IMG/VR virus record: IMGVR_UViG_3300010037_000001
Span: 1 to 41,044 of that record
Length of the DNA stretch: 41,044 bases
Source: a virus
Reading direction: 5' to 3' (one strand)
Part shown: one piece after another, positions 9,009 through 18,878 of the stretch
Layout: each line of letters opens with the position of its first letter
How positions within the stretch are numbered: position 1 is the stretch's first letter
Translations under genes and position numbers: made by a program
Notes under the pieces: model-generated
Seen by the model: the letters and a program-made list of their open reading frames with translations, nothing else
What the model was told of the DNA's origin: nothing
Database searches by the model: none

Positions 9009-10766
9009 TTAAGATCGGATCTTCCTATCGAACTTGCTGCTGTAATATCCATTAAGTTCCTGGCCTTTTATTTCGAAAACTTGACCTTCCCCATCAGCTA
9101 TGAACTCTACGCTCATTTTCCTTGTATCTCGTCTTTTTTTCAATAGCTTTTCTATTTCGAATGGATATCCGAGGGTAGCATTTTCTGTACTTACTCCAAT
9201 TCCTCCTCCAATTAATATCCTTCCAATAGGGCTTCCACCAGCTGGGGTAATCAAAGAATCAGTTAGAGTATATTGCTGAACAAGGACATCATCGAAATAA
9301 ATTTTTACCGTAACAATTGTGTTTTCTCCAAGTAAACCATAAAGATATTGATATTTGAAATATTTTGATAAACGAGAAGATTTTGCATTGAAATCCGCAA
9401 GTCTAACAAAAGATCTAATACCGACACCGTTATCAGAGTACCCAACTTCATCCTGGAATATCTTTGGTTCAGAATTCGAGCCCCAGAAAGTCTCACCTTT
9501 ATAATTTACAGCACAAGCCATCGGTTTATTGGTATCTTCACTCCAAGGTTTTTCTGAAATATTTGTATCTAAAGTAATACCAACATCTAAGCTACCTCTT
9601 TTAGCGGTAAGTTTCATTAATTTTTGATCTGGATTATAATGAAGAACCGAATCAAACTGGTCTTCATTCAAAGCTTTTAGTTTATTGAAAATCTTATCAT
9701 CAAACTGAGGATCGATAGAAGGAACAGAATTATTAAGCCCTTCTTTTTCACCAATTTCTTTAATCGATTTCCCGGTAAAAGTAACAATTTGATCTCCAAC
9801 TACCGCAAAAGATCTTTTTCCGTTTGTTCCGTACGAATCTGTGAGAGGTTGAATAACTGGGATTGCTGACGAATTAAATCCAGAACAATAATAAATACTA
9901 GTTTTCTTTAAAATCAAAAGATAGGTTTTTGTCTTGATAAGACCCATAATATCGTCTTTATCTCCTACTGGAATATACCCAGCTCCTCCTCCAGCAAAAT
10001 CATAAAAATATTCAGGATTTACACCAGTAGCCCCACGAGAATAAAAAAGAGTATTACCTTGATAAGTTTGTCCTGTTTGACCAGGGTTTCCGGCTCCCCA
10101 CCAAGTATTTAAAAATTCTGCTCCAAATCCAATTTTCGGAGCTGAGGAAAGAGTTGTGATTTGATAAATAAGAGAGCCGACAGGATGAGAGAAGCTAACT
10201 GTTGCAGCTGTTAAAGTCAAAGTATCATTAGCTTTTCCCGTATAAGTAATATCATCAAAACCAAGTAAAGAAATTACCCGGATCGTTCCAGTATTGGTAA
10301 ATCTCCAGCCTTGTCCACTTTTTACATCAACTGTAGCGGAAACTGCAGCAATTAAAGCTGTTGCAATTATTGTCCTTGCAATCCTTCGAGGAAAATCAAT
10401 TCCATTCATCACATAAATATCCCCTTGAAATGTTAAAAACTCGACATCAGCCGTAGTATTGAGTCCCGTAAGAAGTTCAAAACCATCAGTCACATCCTCA
10501 ATAGCAACAAAAATCTTGCCGTTTACAGCGATATAAATTTCCGAATCATTAGAATACATCCCTTGAATACCAGACGCTCCAATCCCAATAAAATTAGCCA
10601 TTACTTTCTCAAAAAAACCTGGCCGGTTAGTAAAACCTCCTCCAAGTTTAAAACGTACATTCTTTGCTTCTTGTAATTGATTTGGGGCTAGCAAAACTCC
10701 TTCGACGGCAGTAACCTCGCCTCCATTGAAATTCTCCGAGATTATTGGATCAAAAGGTGTTGGCAT
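9009..10766 (-). CDS. Tail structural protein (nozzle / tail tubular B-like candidate)
   Basis: 585-aa ORF abutting the upstream 299-aa gene with no gap, a gene pairing reminiscent of podovirus tail tubular A/B. The assignment rests on position only. Confidence 0.55.
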   Translation of the reverse strand: MPTPFDPIISENFNGGEVTAVEGVLLAPNQLQEAKNVRFKLGGGFTNRPGFFEKVMANFIGIGASGIQGMYSNDSEIYIAVNGKIFVAIEDVTDGFELLTGLNTTADVEFLTFQGDIYVMNGIDFPRRIARTIIATALIAAVSATVDVKSGQGWRFTNTGTIRVISLLGFDDITYTGKANDTLTLTAATVSFSHPVGSLIYQITTLSSAPKIGFGAEFLNTWWGAGNPGQTGQTYQGNTLFYSRGATGVNPEYFYDFAGGGAGYIPVGDKDDIMGLIKTKTYLLILKKTSIYYCSGFNSSAIPVIQPLTDSYGTNGKRSFAVVGDQIVTFTGKSIKEIGEKEGLNNSVPSIDPQFDDKIFNKLKALNEDQFDSVLHYNPDQKLMKLTAKRGSLDVGITLDTNISEKPWSEDTNKPMACAVNYKGETFWGSNSEPKIFQDEVGYSDNGVGIRSFVRLADFNAKSSRLSKYFKYQYLYGLLGENTIVTVKIYFDDVLVQQYTLTDSLITPAGGSPIGRILIGGGIGVSTENATLGYPFEIEKLLKKRRDTRKMSVEFIADGEGQVFEIKGQELNGYYSSKFDRKIRS

Positions 10767-11666
10767 TTATTCTTGATTGTTTGGATTAAAAGGGTAACGA
10801 TTTGAACCATAAAGTCTTATTGCTGGATTATCCCATTCGGTTCGAAGGGGAGTCTGAGTCCCAAAATGTTGTTTAGAATCAAGAATAGCGGCCTGTTTTA
10901 AAATTTCAGCAGCTTTCATAGCGTGTTTATCCGCCAACGCTAATTCTTCAAGGTGGATGTAAATTCTTTCTTTTACGACGTGTTTTATGTAATTCCAGTA
11001 TGGAGACGGCACTTCTATATAAGTTATCGTTAAATCGAGCGGAGTGACCGTATAATCGGTTGCTTTTTGCGCATACCAAAAAAAGATTTTCCTGGTGGTT
11101 GAGTGATAAGGAAAAACAAAATACTTTTTGACCACTCCATTGCTAAGCTTTACTTCAATTTCCCAAAACCTTCTGTAGCTAGGAAATTTCTTAGTTCGTT
11201 CATCTTCACGATAATGCTCTACTCCATCAACCCAAAGAGAAGCGACTTTATTGTAATCAGCCGGAACCTCGTAGAGAAGATAAGCTTTTTCTCCAGTTTC
11301 GTGAGTTCGGTCAATATCGCTAAGAGTAGGGGTCAAAACATCTGTAGCAGTATTGTTTGCCGTGAACTCAATAATGTCCAGATCAATCATTACTCTCCCA
11401 GTATTTCCCCAGTCATCAGTTTTTACGAGTTCTATAGTTGGCCCGGATACTGTGAAAAGAGTTTTTACCCTAGTGTCTGGATAAATGAACTGAGTTTTTG
11501 ATTTGAGCCGGAATTTCCATGCTCGGTGATTTATAAAAAGCTCATTCGCTTCACTAATATATGAAAGAATAGCGTCCGCGGACGTACCTTCATTATCATT
11601 ATCCTCAGCAAGACCAAACTCTTGCATCAGATCTGTCCTGAATGCGCTTACTGTTTTTACGGCCAT
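10767..11666 (-). CDS. Tail/adaptor structural protein (tail tubular A-like or adaptor candidate)
   Basis: 299-aa ORF directly upstream of the 585-aa gene. Confidence 0.55.
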   Translation of the reverse strand: MAVKTVSAFRTDLMQEFGLAEDNDNEGTSADAILSYISEANELFINHRAWKFRLKSKTQFIYPDTRVKTLFTVSGPTIELVKTDDWGNTGRVMIDLDIIEFTANNTATDVLTPTLSDIDRTHETGEKAYLLYEVPADYNKVASLWVDGVEHYREDERTKKFPSYRRFWEIEVKLSNGVVKKYFVFPYHSTTRKIFFWYAQKATDYTVTPLDLTITYIEVPSPYWNYIKHVVKERIYIHLEELALADKHAMKAAEILKQAAILDSKQHFGTQTPLRTEWDNPAIRLYGSNRYPFNPNNQE

Positions 11667-11676
11667 TTTTTAAAAA

Positions 11677-11811
11677 TTAGTAGTTTTTTGATTTCTTTTT
11701 TCTTTTACCTTTCATTCTATTTTTATTTTCAACGATATAGGCCATTTGTTTCCCTTTACGTTTTCCGTACTGTTTTTGCATACCTGAAACTATATTTGAA
11801 TCTAAAGACAT
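11677..11811 (-). CDS. Small, very basic protein (44 aa)
   Basis: ATG at 11811. Translation is MSLDSNIVSGMQKQYGKRKGKQMAYIVENKNRMKGKRKKKSKNY. The track ORF (to 11871) needs a TTG start and overlaps the ORF below. Confidence 0.45.
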   Translation of the reverse strand: MSLDSNIVSGMQKQYGKRKGKQMAYIVENKNRMKGKRKKKSKNY

Positions 11812-11821
11812 AGTTTTTTTA

Positions 11822-12001
11822 TTAAGCAAGTAATCGAGCAAGTAAACTTTTTTTTGGTCCTGCTTTTGCAAGGTACCCTTCCATATTCATCATCTTTTTT
11901 TTTATTTCTAAAGCTCGCTCTATTTCTTTAGGATCAAAATGCCTATTTGGCTCTTGCCCTTTATTCATTTTTCGAAGCATTTCCATTAAATTCATCAGCA
12001 T
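11822..12001 (-). CDS. Hypothetical 59-aa protein (below the track length cut-off)
   Basis: ATG at 12001, 2 nt after the stop of the upstream gene. Translation is MLMNLMEMLRKMNKGQEPNRHFDPKEIERALEIKKKMMNMEGYLAKAGPKKSLLARLLA, with stop at 11824-11822. Confidence 0.45.
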   Translation of the reverse strand: MLMNLMEMLRKMNKGQEPNRHFDPKEIERALEIKKKMMNMEGYLAKAGPKKSLLARLLA

Positions 12002-12003
12002 AT

Positions 12004-12387
12004 TTAGCGAGCGTTAGGAAATCCTGTTATATCTAAAATATCATCATAATTTAAATAATTTACATTTTTCAAATCGGTGTTTACATTATTTTTTTCTGCT
12101 AACCGAACCAATAAAATAGTAATCCCATTAAGTTTATCAGCAAATTCCTCAAGCTTTTTATCAGTGAATTCTCTTACTGATTTGATTTCACTTTCAATCC
12201 TGGACATACGATCGTTATTTAAACTCTGATTCTCAACAATTTTTATTGCATTTTGTTGAGTTCTTTCACTTGTGGTCGTTATTGCATTTCCAAAAAATAA
12301 AATACCTCCAGTAATTAAAACCATTATAGTGACGGAGATACCCGTATCAGAAGCTATGAAATTTCTTATTTGAGACATTTTGGTCAT
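12004..12387 (-). CDS. Membrane-anchored coiled-coil protein
   Basis: 127 aa. An N-terminal hydrophobic segment (ISVTIMVLITGGILFFG) is followed by a helical Glu/Lys-rich region. Confidence 0.7.
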   Translation of the reverse strand: MTKMSQIRNFIASDTGISVTIMVLITGGILFFGNAITTTSERTQQNAIKIVENQSLNNDRMSRIESEIKSVREFTDKKLEEFADKLNGITILLVRLAEKNNVNTDLKNVNYLNYDDILDITGFPNAR

Positions 12388-12395
12388 ATAAAATA

Positions 12396-12683
12396 TTAAA
12401 TTTGAGCCAAGACATCATCAATTTGTTGAATTAATTCTGTTAAAAGAGCCTTTTCTTCAATTGCTTGAGGAGTATTGATTGCTGAAAGTGAATTCTTTCG
12501 TGTGACATAAGCAGCTTTAAGGCCTAATAACTGCCCTTGAGTAATGACTCCTTGAACTGGATATTTAAACCGAATGGTTGCACCATCAAGAGTAAAAACA
12601 CCAGGAACATTTTCTACCGAAGCTCCACTCAAATAAAGTCCTCCATCTAAACGAATCATATTGTTTTCGTAGTTTACTTTCAT
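12396..12683 (-). CDS. Hypothetical structural-module protein
   Basis: 95-aa ORF in the operon, tightly spaced. Confidence 0.65.
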   Translation of the reverse strand: MKVNYENNMIRLDGGLYLSGASVENVPGVFTLDGATIRFKYPVQGVITQGQLLGLKAAYVTRKNSLSAINTPQAIEEKALLTELIQQIDDVLAQI

Positions 12684-12718
12684 AGTTGTGAAAGTTAAAA
12701 AATAAATAATTAAAAAAA

Positions 12719-13396
12719 TTAAGGAACAAGTGTTAAAGGAATTTTATATTTGGCTCCATTCCAAAAAATAATTCCTGAATGAGTTGATGCCAACCCAATA
12801 TCAGCATTTACTGGCTCTTCTGTAACCATAGCCAAAGTCGCTCTGCCTGCCGCAATATCTTTTGCAAACAGATGAGCTAAATTAACACTATTTGTAGGGG
12901 CTGTAGCGCTATTGTGAAGAGCCAAAGTTTTCAAAGCGTCATCACCGGGAGCGGCAATTCCAATTACTATATTATTTTGAACACGAACCATACTATCAAA
13001 ATTCGCATTTCCTTGAGTATGATTAAGGTCAGCATTAAAAGTTGCAGAATTATCAAAAATAGCTGTTCCGTTAGATACATAAAGCCCATCAGTCATCTCG
13101 ACGGCTCTTATAAAATAAGAATAGCCATAGGTTGTAAGGTCACCATAGTTTGCAAGGCCACCTACAGCATAAATTAATCCAGAAACAGACAATTCATCAT
13201 TAAACAAACCTACTCCGGTAATTCTACATTCTTGCTCTTGCGCAACCCCACTACCATCATTAGTTGCGTGGATATTGAACTGTTCAACTCCATCAATCAA
13301 CCAACGCCATTCGTAAAATCCCATAGGATCACTAGAATTTATAGGAATATTTTGATCCACGCTTCCATTTAGACTTGTAGTTTTTTTCTCAGCCAT
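12719..13396 (-). CDS. Hypothetical structural protein (fibre/spike accessory candidate)
   Basis: 225-aa ORF with Gly/Asn/Ala-rich, beta-like composition, next to the beta-helix gene. Confidence 0.7.
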   Translation of the reverse strand: MAEKKTTSLNGSVDQNIPINSSDPMGFYEWRWLIDGVEQFNIHATNDGSGVAQEQECRITGVGLFNDELSVSGLIYAVGGLANYGDLTTYGYSYFIRAVEMTDGLYVSNGTAIFDNSATFNADLNHTQGNANFDSMVRVQNNIVIGIAAPGDDALKTLALHNSATAPTNSVNLAHLFAKDIAAGRATLAMVTEEPVNADIGLASTHSGIIFWNGAKYKIPLTLVP

Positions 13397-13413
13397 AAAT
13401 TTTTAGGATTAAA

Positions 13414-14706
13414 TTATTCTCCAATATGTGAAGGTGACATAAAAGCTCCTTTTGATAAATTTTCTATTCCGGCAGCGTTAGAAAGATCTGCATAATCATA
13501 AATAACACCTGCCAAATCAATTGGGGCTATTGGATAGGTTGGCCCAATAGGATTATCAACAAAATCAGGTATCATGTTGGCTGCATAGGAAACCCTTGCT
13601 CCAGTGCCCATATAAACCCCATAATCAGTGATTCCAAATCCCCAAATTTTTCCATAAAGAATTGCTTCACAGAAATCTCGAACATAAAGTCCGTATCCTT
13701 GATTTGCAGCCATATACCATGCTCCTGGCCTTATAACAACCTTTCCTTGAGATCGAGACTGTAAAAAAGATTGCTCTCCATACCCAGTACATGGAAGATC
13801 TAAGCTGACTTTTGAACTTGCACCATCCGCTGTAGGAGCTGTACCAAAACCACTGAAAAGATTACACCCTATCGATAGATAACTTCCAGCATTCGATCGC
13901 AAGTGGGCTTTAATCCATGAACCTCGAATAAGGGCCACGTTACCTTCATTAAATGCACAATGCCCATAAGGATCACTCCCATCACCAGCATCATCCAATC
14001 CATCTACAATCGAACTGTACATATAAAAATAACCTCCATTTATATAGATTGGATCAATGTAGATATTCTCATCAAATTCAGCAAAAATATCATAGCAAGC
14101 AAGGCCGTTAATCCCCAAATTACCATTAATCCCACCAATAATTTTTGTTACATCATAAACTGAATATTCGTCTCCAACATCAGGAGTAACGTGAGCATCA
14201 TTGGTTTCATCATAAAAGGGTGAAACGGTTGCTTCTTTTGAGCCAAGATCAGAATTAACCCAGGCATAAGCACCCATATTTGCACCAGTTGTAAGCACAA
14301 TTAATTTCCCAACAAAATCACTGGCAGTCCATGAAGTTGGTAAGGTAGAGTCAGTTATCCTTTGATCTTCTTTGGCTGTAGAATCAAAAACTTGAAGAGC
14401 AGTAATTTCTCCACTATCAATCAAAGTTCGGGTTCCTCGAATACTTACTAACCCTACAAAAGCAGTATCAATCATAAAAGTTCCCAAATCTGTAAGTTCT
14501 CCTTCGGGAAGATAAATATTTACTGATCCTTCGATTAAGTGGGTGTGGAGCCTTCTAGCTACCTCAGAAAGGCTTGCTACAGGATGTCCTTGGTTTCCTG
14601 AGTTTTTATTGTTCCCGAGATCAGGGTCTACATAAAAATTTCTTATAGGAAAAATTTTGTCGTATCTGACCCAAGGATATGGTGAAACTTTTGTAGAAGT
14701 AGGCAT
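13414..14706 (-). CDS. Right-handed beta-helix protein (tailspike/depolymerase candidate)
   Basis: 430 aa. The N-terminal YVDPDLGNNKNSGNQGHPVASLSEVARRL resembles the usual start of pectate-lyase-fold proteins. The rest is repetitive and Gly/Asn/Ile-rich. Confidence 0.6.
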   Translation of the reverse strand: MPTSTKVSPYPWVRYDKIFPIRNFYVDPDLGNNKNSGNQGHPVASLSEVARRLHTHLIEGSVNIYLPEGELTDLGTFMIDTAFVGLVSIRGTRTLIDSGEITALQVFDSTAKEDQRITDSTLPTSWTASDFVGKLIVLTTGANMGAYAWVNSDLGSKEATVSPFYDETNDAHVTPDVGDEYSVYDVTKIIGGINGNLGINGLACYDIFAEFDENIYIDPIYINGGYFYMYSSIVDGLDDAGDGSDPYGHCAFNEGNVALIRGSWIKAHLRSNAGSYLSIGCNLFSGFGTAPTADGASSKVSLDLPCTGYGEQSFLQSRSQGKVVIRPGAWYMAANQGYGLYVRDFCEAILYGKIWGFGITDYGVYMGTGARVSYAANMIPDFVDNPIGPTYPIAPIDLAGVIYDYADLSNAAGIENLSKGAFMSPSHIGE

Positions 14707-14708
14707 TT

Positions 14709-15563
14709 TTAAGGTTTAGCTACAGAATAAAGCCCAAACGTAACGCTTGGTGTCGCACCGGCAACCACATATTTGAATCTTAAATATTTTGCAACAATTC
14801 CGAGAAGTAAAGTTTGAGAATCTGGAAGGGTAGTGACAATACTTACTTGATCAAATTGTCCGTCAGTATCTTGATCAAACCAAGTCACGTTATCGTAGGA
14901 ATATTGAGGGATTACATCCAAAAGGGTATCAGCTCCCGTTAAAGCAGTCACATTCAACGTAACTTCAACTTGTTTAGCTCCAAGACTTGTAAGATCTAAA
15001 ACTGAAGTAAAGGTCGTTCCAGCAACGGCAATAGTTCGAGCTAAGTCGTTTAATGAAGCAGTTTTATTACTAACTAAAACTTCACTTCCACCACTACTTC
15101 CACCACTACCATCAGGATCTTCAATTTGAACTTTCCAGGTAGTGATAGTTTGGGTAGTTCCAGCTGTAAGTTTTTTTATAATCAAAAGACCAGTCAAATA
15201 ATCACAGGCCCAGGATCCGTTTGGAACGCCTACCTTACTTAAGGCAGCTATAGTGTCTGTAATACGTTGATTCTCGGTTCCATTGTAATTAAATGCCACT
15301 TCTTCATCAGGGTCCATCACACCAGCACTAAAAACGATTGAGCTGGAGAGGTCACTGCCAGTATATTCTCCAAGACGATCTCCAAGTGCATTAAAAATTG
15401 GTCCTCGGAGTTTTGAAAGTACAATTGTGCCAGCAATTTCTCCTGCATCCGCAGTGCCATCTTGTTTTGTAAAACTAAGTATTGCCGGATCCTGAGGAAC
15501 AACAATATGAGCAAAATATGAGCTGGCTAAGACTGGTGTTTTTTGATCTCTGGATAATTCCAT
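14709..15563 (-). CDS. Hypothetical structural protein
   Basis: 284-aa ORF. An internal GSGGSSGGS linker separates two beta-rich halves. Confidence 0.7.
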   Translation of the reverse strand: MELSRDQKTPVLASSYFAHIVVPQDPAILSFTKQDGTADAGEIAGTIVLSKLRGPIFNALGDRLGEYTGSDLSSSIVFSAGVMDPDEEVAFNYNGTENQRITDTIAALSKVGVPNGSWACDYLTGLLIIKKLTAGTTQTITTWKVQIEDPDGSGGSSGGSEVLVSNKTASLNDLARTIAVAGTTFTSVLDLTSLGAKQVEVTLNVTALTGADTLLDVIPQYSYDNVTWFDQDTDGQFDQVSIVTTLPDSQTLLLGIVAKYLRFKYVVAGATPSVTFGLYSVAKP

Positions 15564-15568
15564 AATTT

Positions 15569-15955
15569 TTAGAGATTAGAAGGTTGAGAAAGGAATTCTA
15601 TCAAACTTTTTTTATCAAATTTTTCTCCCTTATATCCTTTCTTTTGAGCAATTGATTTCAACTTAAAAACATTGACCGCTTCAAGATTTATCCCCTCTAA
15701 ATTTCCTTCATCAAGATTTTTATTTACTTCTTCGGAAAAAGTTCTGTCTTCCATACTTTTTTTCTCCTTTTTTTCTTCAACTTTTCTCCCTTTTTTCTCC
15801 AAATTTTCTAATTCTTCAAGTTTTCTTTCTTTAGCTTCAATATTTGATTGATTATTACGACCCCTCATTGAGCCAACTCTCATTTGTCCATCGCTTAGTC
15901 TTTTTTGAGCAGCAGCAGGAGAAGCTCCAACTTTCATGAATCCTTGTGATGACAT
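15569..15955 (-). CDS. Lys/Glu-rich protein with C-terminal HeH/Rho_N-like motif
   Basis: 128 aa. The C-terminal LKSIAQKKGYKGEKFDKKSLIEFL resembles the helix-extended-helix (Rho N-terminal/SAP-like) motif. Confidence 0.65.
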   Translation of the reverse strand: MSSQGFMKVGASPAAAQKRLSDGQMRVGSMRGRNNQSNIEAKERKLEELENLEKKGRKVEEKKEKKSMEDRTFSEEVNKNLDEGNLEGINLEAVNVFKLKSIAQKKGYKGEKFDKKSLIEFLSQPSNL

Positions 15956-15979
15956 ATTTTTTAAATTAAGAAATTAATC

Positions 15980-16017
15980 CTCAAGAGGCCCTCGAATTTC
16001 TCGAGGACCCTATTGAG
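15980..16017 (-). terminator. Long stem-loop just after the capsid-proximal gene (partial terminator or RNA-stability element)
   Basis: 9-bp inner stem 15987-15995/16001-16009 plus 5-bp outer stem 15980-15984/16013-16017. Pair 15989/16007 is G.U on the minus-strand RNA but C.A on the plus strand. Only a weak U-rich tail follows. Confidence 0.4.
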
Positions 16018-16019
16018 AA

Positions 16020-16484
16020 CTAGCTTACTGGTGCATCTGTAGTATCACGCCAAATTTCATATTGAATTGTCACATAAAGAGGTGAATTACCGGTCGTAAT
16101 TTCTCCAGTGAGTAACTGCATAACAAGAGCTGCATTTTCTACAGGAGTATATTCAGTAACAATCGGACGAGTCAGTCTTTTTTGAGCAGTTGTTTGATCC
16201 AAAAAGCCTGTTGTTTCTAGGGAAGTATTTACTTGAGCCCCAGAGCCATCGGTATATTTAATTGCTAAATCTTCACCGCCTGCAACGCCCGCATAAGCAG
16301 TACCAGCAGGTTTATGGACTATAGCACCTTTAAATACTACGGTTTTCCCAGCTCCTGGAGCTTCTACGATAGAAATCGGAGTAGCATTTAAAGCAAGTAG
16401 CTGAGCTGAGGTAATTTGTACTTTTATAGCCTTTGTTTCAATCAATCTTCCGAGTTCAATCGAATCAAAATTAGTTTTTGCCAT
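16020..16484 (-). CDS. Hypothetical capsid-associated protein
   Basis: 154-aa ORF immediately downstream of the major capsid gene. Confidence 0.75.
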   Translation of the reverse strand: MAKTNFDSIELGRLIETKAIKVQITSAQLLALNATPISIVEAPGAGKTVVFKGAIVHKPAGTAYAGVAGGEDLAIKYTDGSGAQVNTSLETTGFLDQTTAQKRLTRPIVTEYTPVENAALVMQLLTGEITTGNSPLYVTIQYEIWRDTTDAPVS

Positions 16485-16504
16485 AGAAATTGAAATTTTA
16501 GGAA

Positions 16505-17443
16505 TTAGTTATAAGATCCTGTAGTTCCATCTGAACCCACTAGACCAGTCGGAGAAGACCAACCATAAGATTCACGATAGTAAGCGTTATAATAAGTAAA
16601 CATTTTTCTTGATTGCTGCCAAGGAGTCATCCAAGTCATAAGAGGAGTTCGGATGAATCTCTTAAGTTTATGTTTACGGCCGATCAAAAACCAAGCATCA
16701 TCGTTACCACCTTCAATTGAACCCAGGTAGGTTGATTGTTTGACGTATAACTGATATTTGCTTGAAAATACATTTGGTCCGTTATTCGCAGACTGAGGAA
16801 CTAACTCAGCTTCAGTAATTTCTACTGCTCGCCTGAAGTTTTTAGGAGCTACCAAAAGAAATTTTGGACGACTTCTTACTTGTCTTCCAGAATGAGATTT
16901 TTGAGCTGACATCAACTGAATGCCTTGATCAAGAGTATCAGGAGTAAGTTTTCCAGTTAATTTATTACTCAAAACTCCCCCAAAATCACGAGGATGATCA
17001 GTATCGAAGAGTGGTTGTCCATCAGCACCAAGATAGGCATTGTCGAAACCATTCCTTAAAATAGAGAAAGCATTGAAGTATTGAGTGTCTTGAGCTGCTT
17101 CTCCCATTTCTCCTACATTTTCCTTGATCAGGCCATAAAGCTGATCTTCCATTTGTTCATAAGTGACAGGAACGCTGTTTGAGAAAGCGACATGAGTATA
17201 AGTTGTCTTATACTTTTCTTCGATATCATCTTCTGGGATATCTTCTTCTTCACCTTTTTCACTAAATCTACCAACACCTCTATTTTCAAGATCATATTCC
17301 GCGTGTTTTTTAGATTTACCGCCATTGAAAATATCTTCAATCTTGGCTTCATCTGGCAACATTTCCATATTATAGGTGTCATAAAACACCTCATTCAGTC
17401 CTTCCTCTATGGTCTCTAGCATCGTCGAATTATTTACTGCCAT
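16505..17443 (-). CDS. Major capsid protein (Mu gpT-like, HK97-fold family)
   Basis: 312 aa, placed after portal and scaffold. The segment NGFDNAYLGADGQPLFDTDHP matches, from memory, the GF..YDGQ.FFDTDHP signature of Mu-type major head subunits. Confidence 0.8.
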   Translation of the reverse strand: MAVNNSTMLETIEEGLNEVFYDTYNMEMLPDEAKIEDIFNGGKSKKHAEYDLENRGVGRFSEKGEEEDIPEDDIEEKYKTTYTHVAFSNSVPVTYEQMEDQLYGLIKENVGEMGEAAQDTQYFNAFSILRNGFDNAYLGADGQPLFDTDHPRDFGGVLSNKLTGKLTPDTLDQGIQLMSAQKSHSGRQVRSRPKFLLVAPKNFRRAVEITEAELVPQSANNGPNVFSSKYQLYVKQSTYLGSIEGGNDDAWFLIGRKHKLKRFIRTPLMTWMTPWQQSRKMFTYYNAYYRESYGWSSPTGLVGSDGTTGSYN

Positions 17444-17469
17444 AATATTTTAAGAATAAAGAATAAAAA

Positions 17470-17922
17470 TTAACCAAATAAATGATAGCTTGGGTCTACT
17501 TTGAAATAGATTTCGCCACGCTCTACGTTAAATCCAGTGATCAGAAAACAACCATCTGTGGTATCATCTTCATCTAAAGTAAATACTTCACTGATAAGAT
17601 CCATGGTAACCTTCGAATGAATGATTGCTTTTGCCAAATTAGCTGGAGTAGTTGGTTTCATCACAAACTCAGCATTTGGACTATCTACAATATAAACACG
17701 TCCATCCACAGAAGCCGTAACAGTATCTTTTGACACGCAGCAACCAATATGGACATCAGCATTACTAGATCCGTTTGCAGCTCTTTTAGCGTATTCAGTG
17801 TCACCACCTGTGCCTTGGATCGCCCATTCACCAGCAGCTAAAGCAGTATTGCCAGCTTTGGTATCATAAGGATTTGCAGCCCATCGATGTCCATCTTTTA
17901 CGCGGATATCTTGTTTTGCCAT
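17470..17922 (-). CDS. Head decoration / accessory capsid protein candidate
   Basis: 150-aa ORF between the scaffold and major capsid genes, the same position as lambda gpD. No motif recognised. Confidence 0.6.
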   Translation of the reverse strand: MAKQDIRVKDGHRWAANPYDTKAGNTALAAGEWAIQGTGGDTEYAKRAANGSSNADVHIGCCVSKDTVTASVDGRVYIVDSPNAEFVMKPTTPANLAKAIIHSKVTMDLISEVFTLDEDDTTDGCFLITGFNVERGEIYFKVDPSYHLFG

Positions 17923-17941
17923 AAAAAATAAAATTTAAGAA

Positions 17942-18817
17942 TTAATTTGAAACACCATGTTTTTCCATTGTTTTCTTTGCTCCGATTCCGTCAAGGAACT
18001 CTACTTCAGCAGAACTGAGTGACCTCTTGGATTTTCCTGAAGTACGGCTTGAACTTGTAGTAATTGCTCCCGCAAAATTCTTAGATTTAAGATTTTGGAA
18101 AGCCCTTTCTTCTCGCTGATTAACGTCCTCTTCTATTCCATGCTTCCATTTAATATAACCAAAACATTCCTCGAGTGTGAGCTTACTGCTATCGAAAAGT
18201 TTATAAGTTTCTTGCTCAACTTTGCCTTTAAATTCAGGATTTTGTTCCTTGAATTGTGCAAGCCAAACTTCAGCCTCATTCTTTTCTTTTTCACTCAACT
18301 TTTTGTCAATTTCTTGTACTTTTTTCTCAAGTTGTTCAGCTTTATTGAAGACTTTTTGATTATCTTCTGACATCCCTTTTTTCTGAAGCGCTGCCATCAA
18401 TTCATCGTAACTATTGATGCCATGCTCTCCTAAATCAGCTTTTACGATACGGTCAGCAAGTGTTTTATTGACCTTAGCCAATTCATGAATATATTCAGGA
18501 TTGTCAGCAAGTTTAGTCATCGCTACCTGTTCAGCGAATTTTGTTGCTTCTCCAACCTCCCGATCTTTCTGCGCTTGGAGATCCTTATATCTTTTCTCCC
18601 AGTCTTGAGGTTGAGTATCATCTTTGGTTTTATCCTCAGATAAGTCCTCCTCGTCTTTAGAAGAAGCTCCTTTAAAGTTCTCCGTCATACTTCCTTTTAA
18701 GGCAGACATAGCTTTGTCAAACTTACTGCCCTCTTGTTCTGGAGCAGACTGTGCACCTTCAGTAATCGTCTCTTGCGAGCCGGTGTCACCTTGGGTATTA
18801 CTGTCTTGAAAATCCAT
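17942..18817 (-). CDS. Scaffolding protein candidate
   Basis: Acidic, Lys/Glu-rich and helical, located between portal and capsid genes. I prefer the ATG at 18817 (MDFQDSNTQGD...) to the track's TTG start at 18880, which would run through a hairpin plus U-tract. Confidence 0.65.
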   Translation of the reverse strand: MDFQDSNTQGDTGSQETITEGAQSAPEQEGSKFDKAMSALKGSMTENFKGASSKDEEDLSEDKTKDDTQPQDWEKRYKDLQAQKDREVGEATKFAEQVAMTKLADNPEYIHELAKVNKTLADRIVKADLGEHGINSYDELMAALQKKGMSEDNQKVFNKAEQLEKKVQEIDKKLSEKEKNEAEVWLAQFKEQNPEFKGKVEQETYKLFDSSKLTLEECFGYIKWKHGIEEDVNQREERAFQNLKSKNFAGAITTSSSRTSGKSKRSLSSAEVEFLDGIGAKKTMEKHGVSN

Positions 18818-18878
18818 AAAAATAAACTTAAAAAATAAAATCCCACAAAGGGAATACAAACCACTTTTCTTAAATTCC

